Source of the DNA: Spirochaetales bacterium
Lineage (GTDB): Bacteria; Spirochaetota; Spirochaetia; JABEVK01
Direction of reading: 5' to 3'
Assembly (NCBI GenBank): GCA_037142615.1
Contig: JBAXAI010000002.1
Location: 32,001 to 96,000 of the forward strand
DNA: 64,000 nucleotides
Within the stretch, counting starts at the first letter, position 1; each line of letters begins with the position of its first letter. Below the pieces are notes generated by a model. The model had not been told where the DNA came from. It saw nothing but the letters and a program-made list of their open reading frames with translations, and did not search any database. Positions 10,276-20,461 of this stretch are shown here, in pieces. The position numbers were made by a program, and so were the translations under genes.

Positions 10276-12378
10276 ATGAACCAAGAATACGAGCCCGGCG
10301 AATTCGTCGATGTTTCTATTGTCACCGGCCGGCCGGGAAGAACCGATGGGAAGAATACCGATCGGTCGGCCAACCTGGTTTTGCCGGACGTCCTGAGCAA
10401 ACTGCCGGTGGGACAGGTCCTCCCTCTTGGATGGCTGAAGGAGTGTGTGGAGAGGCTCCGCACTGGGCTTGCCGGGCATCTGGGGCAGATTAGCGCCTGG
10501 CTGCAAAAGTCGAACAACGCGTGGCTTGACCCTTTGGGAACCGGTGAGTTCGGCTGGGAAGAAGTGCCCTACTGGTTGAAAGGTTACGCCCACATCGGGT
10601 ACCTCACCGGCGATCCAAAAATACTCCAGGAGGTCGGGGTTTGGTTCGACAGAGTCCTGGAGTATCAACGTGATGACGGGGACTTCGGACCAATTCACTA
10701 CGAAGAGGGTGGCGAAAAAAGAGACTATTGGGGCAACATGATCATGTTGACTTGCTTGAGTTCCTGGTACGAGTACACCGGCGACGCTCGGGTCATCCCT
10801 TTCTTTCAGCGCTACTTCAAATATCAGTTGAACTGCTCCGACGGCGAACTCCTGGCAGGATATTGGCAGAGGTTGAGAGGTGGCGACAACCTCAAGAGCG
10901 TCATCTGGCTCTATAGGCTGACGGGCGAAAACTGGCTGGTTGATCTCGCCGAGAAGATCCACCGTGTTACCGCCGACTGGACTCGTCGAGACTACGATCT
11001 TTCTGAGATTCGGGGGGTGAAAGCGAGTCGGGATGGATCATTTCCTCAGTGGTTCTTTTCGTTGCCCGATTGGCATAATGTCAATATTGCCCAGGGTTTC
11101 AGGGAACCGGCACAGTACTATCAGGTCTCTCGGGACAGAAAGCATCTTGCGGCAAGTTACGAAGTCTTTGAAATCGTTCACAGCCATTTTGGGGGCGTCC
11201 CGGGAGGGATGTTTGCAGGGGACGAGAACTGTCGGGTTGGCTATTCTGATCCTCGGCAGGCCGTCGAGACGTGCGGGATTGTGGAGCAGATGAACTCCGA
11301 TCAGCACATGTTCCGGATTACGGGCGATCCCAAGTGGGCCGACCACTGCGAAGAGGTCGCACTCAACAGTCTTCCAGCAACCATGATGCCCGACTTTCGG
11401 TCCCTCCGATACCTTACGGCTCCCAATCTCGTCACGGGTGACAGTCGGAATCACCATCCCGGTATCGCCAATGATGGGCCCTTCCTCTTGATGAATCCTT
11501 TCAGTTCACGGTGCTGCCAACACAATCACGCTCAAGGTTGGACCTACCTCGCAGAGAACTCGTGGATGAGGACTGACGATGATGGCTATTGCATGGCTTT
11601 CCCCTTCCCCTGTGAGGTCAATACGACCGACGGCTCAGGGCATCCTCTGAGAATCGAAGTGGAAACTCGTTACCCCTTTGAAGAGACTGTTCAGATTCGG
11701 GTCCATTCGACAGCGAGTTCCTCGATTCCTCTTTACCTGCGAGTTCCCGACTGGTGTAGCGAAGCTAAGGTATCCGTCAACGGTTACCAGGTTAAGGTCA
11801 AAGCCCTACCTGGCGCATACCTCCGTCTGGTAAGAACCTGGGTAACAGGCGATCTTGTGACCTTAACTCTTCCGATGTCGCTTCGCTGGGTCCAATTTGA
11901 GAGACTTGGACCCGCCGCGAGCCTGTACTATGGGCCCACAGCGTTCTCACTCGGCATCCGGCAAGAGGTGCTTGAACGGAACAGTATCGAAACCGCCATC
12001 TTCGACTCGAAATGGCAAGCGTCAGTGGATGGCAGTGCTTGGCCTTCGTACGAACTTCTGCCGGCTTCGGCGTGGAACTTTGGCCTGCCGGTGTCAGCTC
12101 AGTCAGAACTGGGCAAGATGGTGCTTCGGCGGCGGCCCTGGCCAAAAGACAACTTCCCGTTCGAGTTCGGGTCTACACCACTGACGCTCCAACTGGAGGG
12201 TGTCCGCCTTCCTACCTGGACCCTCGATGAGTACGGACTATGCGGGGAGCTCTCCTCGATCGACCGGGAGCAACTGGGTGTCCTTGAAGAACTGGAACTC
12301 ATACCTATGGGAGCTGCCAGACTCAGAGTTTCCGTCTTTCCTGTTGTTGGTGGGAGCAACGAGCAAGATTCATTCTAG
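10276..12378 (+). CDS. GH127/GH146-type beta-L-arabinofuranosidase-like protein
   Basis: GWEEVPYWL, ETCGIVE, CCQHN (Zn/Cys motifs), LYLRVPDW, LIPMGAARLRVSVFP; RBS GGAGGAGG. Confidence 0.85.
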   Translation: MNQEYEPGEFVDVSIVTGRPGRTDGKNTDRSANLVLPDVLSKLPVGQVLPLGWLKECVERLRTGLAGHLGQISAWLQKSNNAWLDPLGTGEFGWEEVPYWLKGYAHIGYLTGDPKILQEVGVWFDRVLEYQRDDGDFGPIHYEEGGEKRDYWGNMIMLTCLSSWYEYTGDARVIPFFQRYFKYQLNCSDGELLAGYWQRLRGGDNLKSVIWLYRLTGENWLVDLAEKIHRVTADWTRRDYDLSEIRGVKASRDGSFPQWFFSLPDWHNVNIAQGFREPAQYYQVSRDRKHLAASYEVFEIVHSHFGGVPGGMFAGDENCRVGYSDPRQAVETCGIVEQMNSDQHMFRITGDPKWADHCEEVALNSLPATMMPDFRSLRYLTAPNLVTGDSRNHHPGIANDGPFLLMNPFSSRCCQHNHAQGWTYLAENSWMRTDDDGYCMAFPFPCEVNTTDGSGHPLRIEVETRYPFEETVQIRVHSTASSSIPLYLRVPDWCSEAKVSVNGYQVKVKALPGAYLRLVRTWVTGDLVTLTLPMSLRWVQFERLGPAASLYYGPTAFSLGIRQEVLERNSIETAIFDSKWQASVDGSAWPSYELLPASAWNFGLPVSAQSELGKMVLRRRPWPKDNFPFEFGSTPLTLQLEGVRLPTWTLDEYGLCGELSSIDREQLGVLEELELIPMGAARLRVSVFPVVGGSNEQDSF

Positions 12379-12428
12379 GTTCACTCGTTCTGAAGTGTCT
12401 GTACCAGTTTACAGAGGAAGGAATTGAA

Positions 12429-14684
12429 ATGGAGCCAAAACGTCGAGTCATTTCTCATCGAAGACGCCCCGGTAAGTACGACAGAACTAGTATATCGCGA
12501 GCACCGGTCGGAGCCAACCTCGCCGGAGACCGCTTCTACCTCCGCTTCCTTCGGCCTTCACTTGCCCTGCTGATCATCGCGTTCGGAGCGGCGGTCGTTG
12601 TGACTCAGATTTCCTTGGGCTTCTTGCAGGAAGAAGTGCGCCAGTCATCGCGGCTCGCTCTTGAGCAGACTCGCGACATGGTCGACTTGCGGATTCGCGA
12701 GATCGACTTAATCGCTACGGAACTCTCTCTTGATCCTCAGGTCAACGCCTTCCTTCTTTCTCCAGCAACCCCGAGCAACACCTCCGCCACGTTTGACCTG
12801 TGGGCATTCTCGAAAAGCCTGCCCGACCTCAAGCTTTTCAACTCCCTCGTTGATGCTTATTTCGTCTATTCGAGCCGCTCAAACCTGATTGTGACCCCGG
12901 GGCAAGTTCTCTTCGATGTAGAACGAGACTTTGAACGAATGTTCAAGTTCGACGAACTGACACTCGACGCTTGGAAGCAGAGCTTTCTTCTGAGTTCACA
13001 TAGCCACGAGTTCTTTCCCAATGCCCAACTCAGGACGGGGCAGTCTTTCGTCAAGGGGTTCTACTACCTGCAATCTTTGCCGATCGGATCGAAGACGAAT
13101 CCGCCACTGGGCCAAGTGATGTTCTTCATCAGCGATACGGCGCTCGCGTACTATCTGGCCAAGCTCAACTTCGGCAGTGATGGCGTCGTCATGGTCATGG
13201 ACTCGAGCGGTGCGATTCTCGCCAGTCAGTCGGCCTCGCCGGACGCCAGCCGCGAGAAGCTGTTGAGCCATCGATTCACCGACCAAAGGGGTGTGGAACA
13301 GAACCTTCCGGGCTATTTGGTTTCCCACGCCTCGTCATCGTTCACTGGCTGGACATTTTGGTCAGTACAGAAGGAAGACCTGGTTCAGCAACGAGTCCTC
13401 TGGTTGAGGAACCTCGTACTCGTCCTGTTGCTCGCCTCCATTGGTTTGGCCCTTGCCGTTGCCTTTTTCCTCGCCCGGAGATCGGCGCTCCCTATCGAAG
13501 CCGCGTTCCTGCAGCTTGAAGTACAACAAAGTGCTCTTCATGCCATTGTGGAGGCCCAACGTTCGGCGGTGCGTTCTGAGTTAGTCCGGCGCCTGCTTCT
13601 GGGGTCGGTCAGCGACCCGGAGGAAGTCGCCGTTCTTGCCAAGGGTGCGGAAATGGACTTTCACGGTGGCCCATTCGGTTCTGTCACAATCAGGATTGAA
13701 GGGTACGCAGAACGCCTTGACCTCGATGTCGTCAGGGAGACGAACCTTGTGAAGGCCTACATTCGCGAGTATGCCGGCAAAGCCACTGCACTGAGCATCT
13801 ACTTCTACGAGGCCGACTCGATGCAACTTGAAGGAGTCGCTGTGTCGCGCGCTGAACTCGAATCAACGTTCAAGGCAACCCTCTCTGGTTTCATCGAAGC
13901 CTTGGTTGGTTCGGTCAGGGAGAAGTTCAAGCTGATTTGCCTTACTGCGGTCGCTGAGCCCTCGGCCTCCCTAGACCAAATCCCCTCCCATCATCGTGAG
14001 AGCAAGAGGGCGCTGGACTTTGCTCAAGAGGTCTACTGGGATCGTCCTGCCGATGAGTTTGTCTTCGCTCTTGAGACCGAGTTGCAGCTTTCTTCCTGGA
14101 TCCGCAGCGGAAACGCAGACGGCGTACGGCGGGTTGTGAAGCGGATACGCGATGACAACCTGACAAAGATCGATGCTACCCGGAACGCTCTAGCCACCCT
14201 TGCATCCCTTATTTCGGCCGTGCTCACACGACACGGATTGGCTAAGGCTACGGCAGGTTTTCCCCATCCCACCGCGACATCGAGCATGAGTGACTGGTTC
14301 AGCAAACTTGAGGATCATCTGGTACAAGTCTGTGCTTCAGCCCAGGACGAACGAACGACGAGAACAAGTGAGCGCATCCAAGCAATCAACGGCTACATTT
14401 CCGCCAACTTGTCTGACAGAAACTTCAGCATGGAAATGGCCGCCGACCACTTCGGAATGTCTCCCACTTCCTTCTACCACTTCTACAGAGACAACGCGAA
14501 AGAGTCCTTTGCCGACCGGCTTGAACGGGCAAGAATTGCCGAGGCATGCAAAATCTTGGGCGATGGAGATCTGCAAATCAAGCAACTGATATCGATGGTC
14601 GGGTTCGCAAACGACTCGACGTTTCGGCGCGCGTTCCGCCGCGTGATGGGAATGTCACCTCACGAGTACCGTCCAGCCCAATGA
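12429..14684 (+). CDS. Membrane-anchored AraC-family regulator with extracytoplasmic sensor domain (YesS-like)
   Basis: Two TM segments flank a large sensor region; C-terminal AraC double HTH (VGFANDSTFRRAFRRVMGMSPHEYR). Confidence 0.85.
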   Translation: MEPKRRVISHRRRPGKYDRTSISRAPVGANLAGDRFYLRFLRPSLALLIIAFGAAVVVTQISLGFLQEEVRQSSRLALEQTRDMVDLRIREIDLIATELSLDPQVNAFLLSPATPSNTSATFDLWAFSKSLPDLKLFNSLVDAYFVYSSRSNLIVTPGQVLFDVERDFERMFKFDELTLDAWKQSFLLSSHSHEFFPNAQLRTGQSFVKGFYYLQSLPIGSKTNPPLGQVMFFISDTALAYYLAKLNFGSDGVVMVMDSSGAILASQSASPDASREKLLSHRFTDQRGVEQNLPGYLVSHASSSFTGWTFWSVQKEDLVQQRVLWLRNLVLVLLLASIGLALAVAFFLARRSALPIEAAFLQLEVQQSALHAIVEAQRSAVRSELVRRLLLGSVSDPEEVAVLAKGAEMDFHGGPFGSVTIRIEGYAERLDLDVVRETNLVKAYIREYAGKATALSIYFYEADSMQLEGVAVSRAELESTFKATLSGFIEALVGSVREKFKLICLTAVAEPSASLDQIPSHHRESKRALDFAQEVYWDRPADEFVFALETELQLSSWIRSGNADGVRRVVKRIRDDNLTKIDATRNALATLASLISAVLTRHGLAKATAGFPHPTATSSMSDWFSKLEDHLVQVCASAQDERTTRTSERIQAINGYISANLSDRNFSMEMAADHFGMSPTSFYHFYRDNAKESFADRLERARIAEACKILGDGDLQIKQLISMVGFANDSTFRRAFRRVMGMSPHEYRPAQ

Positions 14685-14821
14685 AAGAGGAGCTCGCAGG
14701 CCAGTTCTTTCGGCTTTTCGGCCACTGAAAACTGCTCGCTGCCAAAAAAACTGGCAGGTTGCGCAAACCTCTAGCAGGGTAGAACATTCTTTCAAGCTGG
14801 ATGCCTTTGGAGGAAGAAAGC

Positions 14822-15754
14822 ATGTCAAGAGAGTTGCCCCTGAGTCCTAGAGGGACCTTACTGAGGCGAATAACAAGGTACTGGCAACTCTATCTCATTG
14901 TGGCACTACCAGTGCTCTGGTTACTCGTCTTCAGCTATCTACCGATGTACGGAGTGCAACTTGCCTTCAAGAGGTATTCGATCTCAAAGGGTATCGTCGA
15001 TAGCCCTTGGGTTGGACTCAAGTACTTTGAGATTCTGGCGACGACACCGTCGAGCCTGCGAGTTCTTGTCAACACATTGGTTCTCAGTTTTTACGGATTG
15101 GTGGCCTCGTTTCCGCTACCTATACTGCTGGCAATTGCCCTCAACGAGACACGAAGACGGTTTGTCAAGAAGAGTGTGCAGCTCATCTCCTATGCACCCT
15201 ATTTCATTTCGACCGTCGTTGCCGTCGGGATGTTGCTGCAACTTCTTGATAGTCGTTCGGGGATCATAAACAGGATCATTGTGCTGGCCGGTGGGCAACC
15301 GGTCAATTTCATGGCAGACCCTGGTTTGTTCTCGAGCGTGTATGTCTGGTCCGGAATCTGGCAAACAATGGGATACTCGGCTGTTATCTATCTGGCGGCA
15401 CTTTCCTCGGTAAGCACTGAGCTTCAAGACGCAGCCAACATCGACGGTTGCACGCGACTGCAAAGAATCCGGCACGTTGACATTCCCTCTATCATGCCTA
15501 CCGTGACAACGTTGCTCGTCCTGAACTTTGGTTCCGTAATGAGCATAGGGTTCGAAAAGGTCTACCTCATGCAAAACGCCCTCAATCTCGACACTTCGGA
15601 AATCATTGCAACCTACGTCTACAAAGTGGGGCTCATCAATTCAGACTATGGGCTCTCGACGGCGATTGGGTTGCTGAACTCAGTTATCAACGTCATTCTC
15701 CTGCTAGCGGCGAACCGGATCGCTCGGCGGTTGAGCGGAAATGGATTGTGGTGA
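14822..15754 (+). CDS. Carbohydrate ABC transporter permease (LplB-like)
   Basis: YWQLYL, YLPMYGVQLAFK, PWVGLKYF, EAA-like DAANIDGCTRLQRI, GFEKVYLMQN. Confidence 0.92.
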   Translation: MSRELPLSPRGTLLRRITRYWQLYLIVALPVLWLLVFSYLPMYGVQLAFKRYSISKGIVDSPWVGLKYFEILATTPSSLRVLVNTLVLSFYGLVASFPLPILLAIALNETRRRFVKKSVQLISYAPYFISTVVAVGMLLQLLDSRSGIINRIIVLAGGQPVNFMADPGLFSSVYVWSGIWQTMGYSAVIYLAALSSVSTELQDAANIDGCTRLQRIRHVDIPSIMPTVTTLLVLNFGSVMSIGFEKVYLMQNALNLDTSEIIATYVYKVGLINSDYGLSTAIGLLNSVINVILLLAANRIARRLSGNGLW

Positions 15755-16659
15755 GGTCGACGGTGAAAGTTAAGAAAGGCATGCGACGGGCCCGTGGCGA
15801 TCTCTTCTTCGAGCTTGTCATGGGCAGCTTCTTGCTGGTCGTGGCGCTCGTTACGCTCTTTCCGATTCTCTTTGTTGTGGCAGCCTCGCTTTCGTCGCCG
15901 CAAGCGGTTATTGCAGGCCAAGTATGGATTTGGCCGGTTGATCCGACACTCAAAGCCTACGAGAATATCCTCTCGAATCCTAAGTTGTCGCTCGGCTTCC
16001 TGAACTCCGCTATTTACACGATTCTAGGGACGATAACGAGCATCGCGTTGACCCTGATGATGGCGTATCCGCTCTCGAAACTGCGCCTTCCGGGGCGGAA
16101 GCTGCTGACTTGGATGCTGGTCTTTACGATGCTTTTCTCGGGTGGCCTGATCCCGACCTACATGGTTGTCAGGCAGTTGGGCCTGCTCGACACCTGGTGG
16201 GCGGTTGTCCTCACGTCGGCACTCTCTCCCTGGAATGTGTTTATTGCTCGGACGTACTTTCGCTCGCTGCCTGATGAGCTTTATGAGTCGGCTACGATCG
16301 ATGGCTCCGGAGAACTTGGTCAGTTTTTTCGAATTGCTATTCCTCTTTCCTCACCGATCATCGCCGTTGTCGGTCTCTTTTCCGCTATCGCCTACTGGAA
16401 CTCCTACTTCACCGCTTTGATCTACCTCTCGGATGAAGCTCTCTTCCCCCTTCAAATTGTTCTGAGAGACATCTTGATCCTTGGCAATCTTGACCTGACA
16501 CGGGTCTTTGACTTCGACGCAATGGTGCGAAGGCAAGGACTCAGCGATCTGCTGAAGTACGCGGTTATAGTTGTTGCTAGCGCTCCTCTTCTCGTTTTGT
16601 ACCCTCTCGTTCAGAAGTACTTTGTTCGAGGGCTCTTGATAGGTTCAATAAAAGGTTAG
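15748..16659 (+). CDS. Carbohydrate ABC transporter permease (LplC-like)
   Basis: FTMLFSGGLIPTY, ESATIDG, YPLVQKYFVRGLLIGSIKG. Exact start uncertain. Confidence 0.92.
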   Translation: MVRSTVKVKKGMRRARGDLFFELVMGSFLLVVALVTLFPILFVVAASLSSPQAVIAGQVWIWPVDPTLKAYENILSNPKLSLGFLNSAIYTILGTITSIALTLMMAYPLSKLRLPGRKLLTWMLVFTMLFSGGLIPTYMVVRQLGLLDTWWAVVLTSALSPWNVFIARTYFRSLPDELYESATIDGSGELGQFFRIAIPLSSPIIAVVGLFSAIAYWNSYFTALIYLSDEALFPLQIVLRDILILGNLDLTRVFDFDAMVRRQGLSDLLKYAVIVVASAPLLVLYPLVQKYFVRGLLIGSIKG

Positions 16660-16727
16660 CCTTCTTGCGGTTGGGCCCGGCCTGCAAGATGCGACCTGTA
16701 GAAAGATTAGTCTAAAGGAGTTTTCAA

Positions 16728-18377
16728 GTGAAGCGATTACCTCTAGTGCTCACCTTTATGGTGGCTATGTCCTGGTTGGTTTTTTCTCAAGTTCCGAAGC
16801 CAGAATGGTTAGTGACAAAGAATCTGCCGCTTAGCAGTCAAAAGACAACTTTCAAGATGCTGATTCAGGCTGTTCCTGAAGTTGCGGATTTCAAGACGAA
16901 CTGGTTCACGACTTGGCTTGAGGCGAAGACGAACGTTGCCATCGACTGGATTGTGGCGCCCAATGACTCCGATGCGGCGAAGCAGAAGATGAACCTCCTG
17001 ATCGCATCGGGTGATTTTCCCGAGATCATCAATTCGATGCCCTTTGACGCCGCCTTGGAAGCCAAGTATGGAACCGATGAGAAGATCCTGCTTCCTTTAG
17101 AGAAGTTCATTGATGACCCTGCAGTGATGCCGAACCTGAACGCGTGGCTTCGCAAGAACCCCTCGTTCCGGGGACAGATCACGGCCGTCGATGGTCACAT
17201 CTATGGATTCCCGAACATCAATGTCTGCTACCATTGTACCCTGCAGCAGAAGATGTGGATCAATCAGGACTGGCTCAAGAAGGTGGGACTCAAGATGCCC
17301 ACCACGACGGACGAGCTGTACAACGTGTTGAAGGCTTTTGCGACCAAGGACCCCAACGGGAATGGCAAGGCTGATGAGATTCCGCTCATTGGTGCGACTG
17401 ATGGCTGGAACAGCCAAGTGGATCCCTTCCTGATGTCTTCCTTCGTGTTGGACCCAGGCATGAACCAGAAGCTGAAGCTGTTGGTAGATACCAAGTCTGG
17501 AAAGGTCATGTCCGCGCTCAATCAGGCTGGCTACAAAGACGGTCTCAAGTACATTGCGAAGCTCTATCGAGAGAAGCTTTACTATGGAAACTCCATCATT
17601 CAGAAGAATGATCAGGGGCGGCAACTTCTTGCCAGCGGCGTTGTGGGCGCCTTCATGGGCGGCTATCCTGGCGTGATGATTGATGGTGCGGATAAGGCTC
17701 TTTGGCGTGCTTTCGTGAATGTACCGCCTCTCAAGTCACCCAGCGGATACTCATCGACGCCCTTCTACGTCAATGACGGTGTCAGGCCTGACAGAGTTCT
17801 GTTTACCACGGCTCTCAAAGATCCGAAGTTGGCGGCAAGATGGGTCGATCTCTTCTACACCTACGAGATGGGACTACACAAAACTAACGGCGAACCGGTA
17901 GTAAGATGGCATTGGGCCAGTTCGACAGAAACTGGTCTGGACGGGAAACCTGCCATTTGGGTGCCTGGTGGCACTGCGAAAGTTGCCGACCCGAACGGAT
18001 CGTGGCAGCAACAGGGCATTGAGTTCGCTACTGCTGAGTTCCGAAATGGTCAGGTCTCGCCTCCCGGTGTCGATATAGGGTCACCTGACAGCTTGGAGCC
18101 AATGCTCATTTTGGCCAGCAAGGCCAACGAGCGAGCCGTGAGGACGGACGTGGTGATCATGCCCAACGTGAGTTTTACGAGCCAAGAGTCGGAAGATCTG
18201 CAGATTCAAAGGGTGGAACTGGAGCGTTACGCCGAGTCGCAGCGAATCGCCTTCATCACCGGTGCTACCGATGTTGATGCCGGCTGGGCAGCTTATCTCA
18301 AGAAGCTTGGCGAACTGGGTCTTGCGAAGGTGACCTCAACCTACCAGAGCGCGCTGGACCGCCAGAATAAGCGATAG
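16728..18377 (+). CDS. Oligosaccharide ABC transporter substrate-binding protein (LplA-like)
   Basis: Signal peptide; WLKKVGLKMPTTTDELYNVLKAF...DPNGNGKADEIP; RBS AAGGAG. Confidence 0.9.
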   Translation: MKRLPLVLTFMVAMSWLVFSQVPKPEWLVTKNLPLSSQKTTFKMLIQAVPEVADFKTNWFTTWLEAKTNVAIDWIVAPNDSDAAKQKMNLLIASGDFPEIINSMPFDAALEAKYGTDEKILLPLEKFIDDPAVMPNLNAWLRKNPSFRGQITAVDGHIYGFPNINVCYHCTLQQKMWINQDWLKKVGLKMPTTTDELYNVLKAFATKDPNGNGKADEIPLIGATDGWNSQVDPFLMSSFVLDPGMNQKLKLLVDTKSGKVMSALNQAGYKDGLKYIAKLYREKLYYGNSIIQKNDQGRQLLASGVVGAFMGGYPGVMIDGADKALWRAFVNVPPLKSPSGYSSTPFYVNDGVRPDRVLFTTALKDPKLAARWVDLFYTYEMGLHKTNGEPVVRWHWASSTETGLDGKPAIWVPGGTAKVADPNGSWQQQGIEFATAEFRNGQVSPPGVDIGSPDSLEPMLILASKANERAVRTDVVIMPNVSFTSQESEDLQIQRVELERYAESQRIAFITGATDVDAGWAAYLKKLGELGLAKVTSTYQSALDRQNKR

Positions 18378-18404
18378 CCCAATTTCGAAGGCCCACCGCT
18401 AGAC

Positions 18405-18436
18405 GTGCCGCCGTAGCCGAGAGGGTGCGGCGGCAC
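18405..18436 (+). terminator. GC-rich stem-loop after the substrate-binding protein gene (terminator or mRNA stabiliser)
   Basis: GTGCCGCCGTA...TGCGGCGGCAC inverted repeat; no clear U-tract. Confidence 0.55.
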
Positions 18437-18531
18437 AATTACTCCTTCACCAGAGTCTTTGCGCCTTCCCCTCAACTCATTGAACTGCCCTGAGCGATCA
18501 GGGCCAAAATTGACACTCGAGGAGTGACACC

Positions 18532-20430
18532 ATGACGATCAAGAATGCGATTTCTGAGCTGGATTCTCTCGCCAGAAAGGCGTTTCCTGCCTTGCCGCGA
18601 CCAGAGTATCCGAGACCCCAATGGGTGCGGTCACGGTGGCTCAACCTGAACGGAGACTGGAACTTCGAGCTGGATCCGGGTGATTCTGGGTTTTCAAGGG
18701 GCCTATCGGGCATGTCGGCTTCTTCCGGCGAGTCGGATGGCAACGGAAGACGTGACGAGCCCAGGGACCTCAAGAACCGTATCGTCGTTCCCTTCTGCCC
18801 GGAGTCCCGACTATCTGGAGTTGACAACCAGGATTTCCACAACGCCGTTTGGTACCGAAAGGAAATCACAATTCCCTCGGACTGGGTGGACTGCCACACA
18901 ATCCTGCACTTCCAGGCCGTCGACTACGATGCCACCGTTTGGGTCAACGGAGTCGAAGTCGGCCGACATCGGGGAGGGTTCACGCCGTTCGAGTTGGATC
19001 TTGATGGTGTCGTGTCCCCAGGTGCCAAGGCAACCATCGTGGTTCGCGCCCGTGACGACCACCGCTTGCCAACACCGAAAGGGAAACAAACTCGGACGTA
19101 CGAGAACCGCGGTTGTGACTACACCAGGACGACTGGGATTTGGCAAACGGTTTGGCTTGAGCCGGTGAGTCCGACGTACCTACGCCGCCCGAGAATTGCG
19201 CCCGACTTGGCAGCCTCGGCTTTCAGGATCACCGTCCCCGTGGTGGGCCCTCGTGTCGGCATGACCCTTGCCGTCGAGGTTCACGCCGATGGGGTGAGCG
19301 TTGCGACCTGCTCGGTGCCAATTGACGTCGATTTTCAACCAACGATCGATGCCGTCATCCCAAGGGATAGGCTTCATCTGTGGAGCCCCCAGGACCCCTT
19401 CCTCTACGATTTGACCTTTGAGCTTCTTGATGACCAGGGCAACTGTCTTGATAGGGTGATGAGCTACGCGGGGATGCGCAGCGTGACAATTCGGGGAAAA
19501 GCGATCTTGATCAATGGACAACCCGAGTTTCAGCGCTTGGTCTTGGATCAAGGCTACTACCCCGATGGTATCATGACGGCGCCTACCGACGCAGCTTTGC
19601 TCCGGGACATTGAGCTCGCCAAAGAAGCGGGATTCAATGGAGCCAGACTTCATCAAAAGGTTTTCGAAGAGAGGTTCCTGTTTCATGCGGATGTGACCGG
19701 ATACCTGCTTTGGGGGGAGTTCGCAGACTGGGGTTGCGGCGGCTTTGGTCCACCCGAGGACCATCAGCAACCGAGTGCCACCTACATCACGCAGTGGCTG
19801 GAGGTGTTGGAGCGGGACTTTTCTCACCCTGCTATCGTTGGATGGTGCCCACTGAATGAGACTTGGCAAGGTATAACGGACAAAGTTCGTGTCTTGGACG
19901 ATGTTACCCTCGGGCTGTTTCTCGCAACAAAAGCGTTTGACCTGACGCGCCCCGTGCTGGACACCTCCGGCTATTCCCATCGCGTACCCGAGACGGATGT
20001 CTATGACAGTCACAGCTATGAGCAAGATGTGCCTAAGTTCGCAGAGATGATGTCCGGCCTGTCTTCGGGAAGGCCCCATGTCAATGTGGGCGATCGCGCG
20101 GTAGCATTTTCTACACCCTACCGAGGCCAACCCTACTTCTGTAGCGAGTTTGGCGGAATCTGGTGGAGTCCAGGGGCGAGGCCCGGGGAAGTCACTTGGG
20201 GATACGGCGATCGCCCGCAATCGGAAGAGGAGTACTATGAACGCTTTGCCGCCCTCTGCCATGTGCTGCTTTCAAATCCCGACATGTTTGGGTACTGCTA
20301 CACCCAGTTGACTGATGTGTTTCAGGAGCAGAATGGAGTAGTTGCGTTTGACCGTAGCTACAAACTCGACCTCCGGCGCCTCAAGAAGGCACAGGCTAGG
20401 GTAGCGGCCATGGAAATGGGGACAAGATAG
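18532..20430 (+). CDS. GH2 glycoside hydrolase (beta-galactosidase/glucuronidase-like)
   Basis: PRPEYPRPQ, WLNLNGDWNF, TGIWQTVWLE, LDQGYYPDG, WCPLNE, SEFGG, YTQLTDVFQE. Confidence 0.9.
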   Translation: MTIKNAISELDSLARKAFPALPRPEYPRPQWVRSRWLNLNGDWNFELDPGDSGFSRGLSGMSASSGESDGNGRRDEPRDLKNRIVVPFCPESRLSGVDNQDFHNAVWYRKEITIPSDWVDCHTILHFQAVDYDATVWVNGVEVGRHRGGFTPFELDLDGVVSPGAKATIVVRARDDHRLPTPKGKQTRTYENRGCDYTRTTGIWQTVWLEPVSPTYLRRPRIAPDLAASAFRITVPVVGPRVGMTLAVEVHADGVSVATCSVPIDVDFQPTIDAVIPRDRLHLWSPQDPFLYDLTFELLDDQGNCLDRVMSYAGMRSVTIRGKAILINGQPEFQRLVLDQGYYPDGIMTAPTDAALLRDIELAKEAGFNGARLHQKVFEERFLFHADVTGYLLWGEFADWGCGGFGPPEDHQQPSATYITQWLEVLERDFSHPAIVGWCPLNETWQGITDKVRVLDDVTLGLFLATKAFDLTRPVLDTSGYSHRVPETDVYDSHSYEQDVPKFAEMMSGLSSGRPHVNVGDRAVAFSTPYRGQPYFCSEFGGIWWSPGARPGEVTWGYGDRPQSEEEYYERFAALCHVLLSNPDMFGYCYTQLTDVFQEQNGVVAFDRSYKLDLRRLKKAQARVAAMEMGTR

Positions 20431-20461
20431 CCGCGGCCAAAAGCCCGCTAGGAAGGAACCG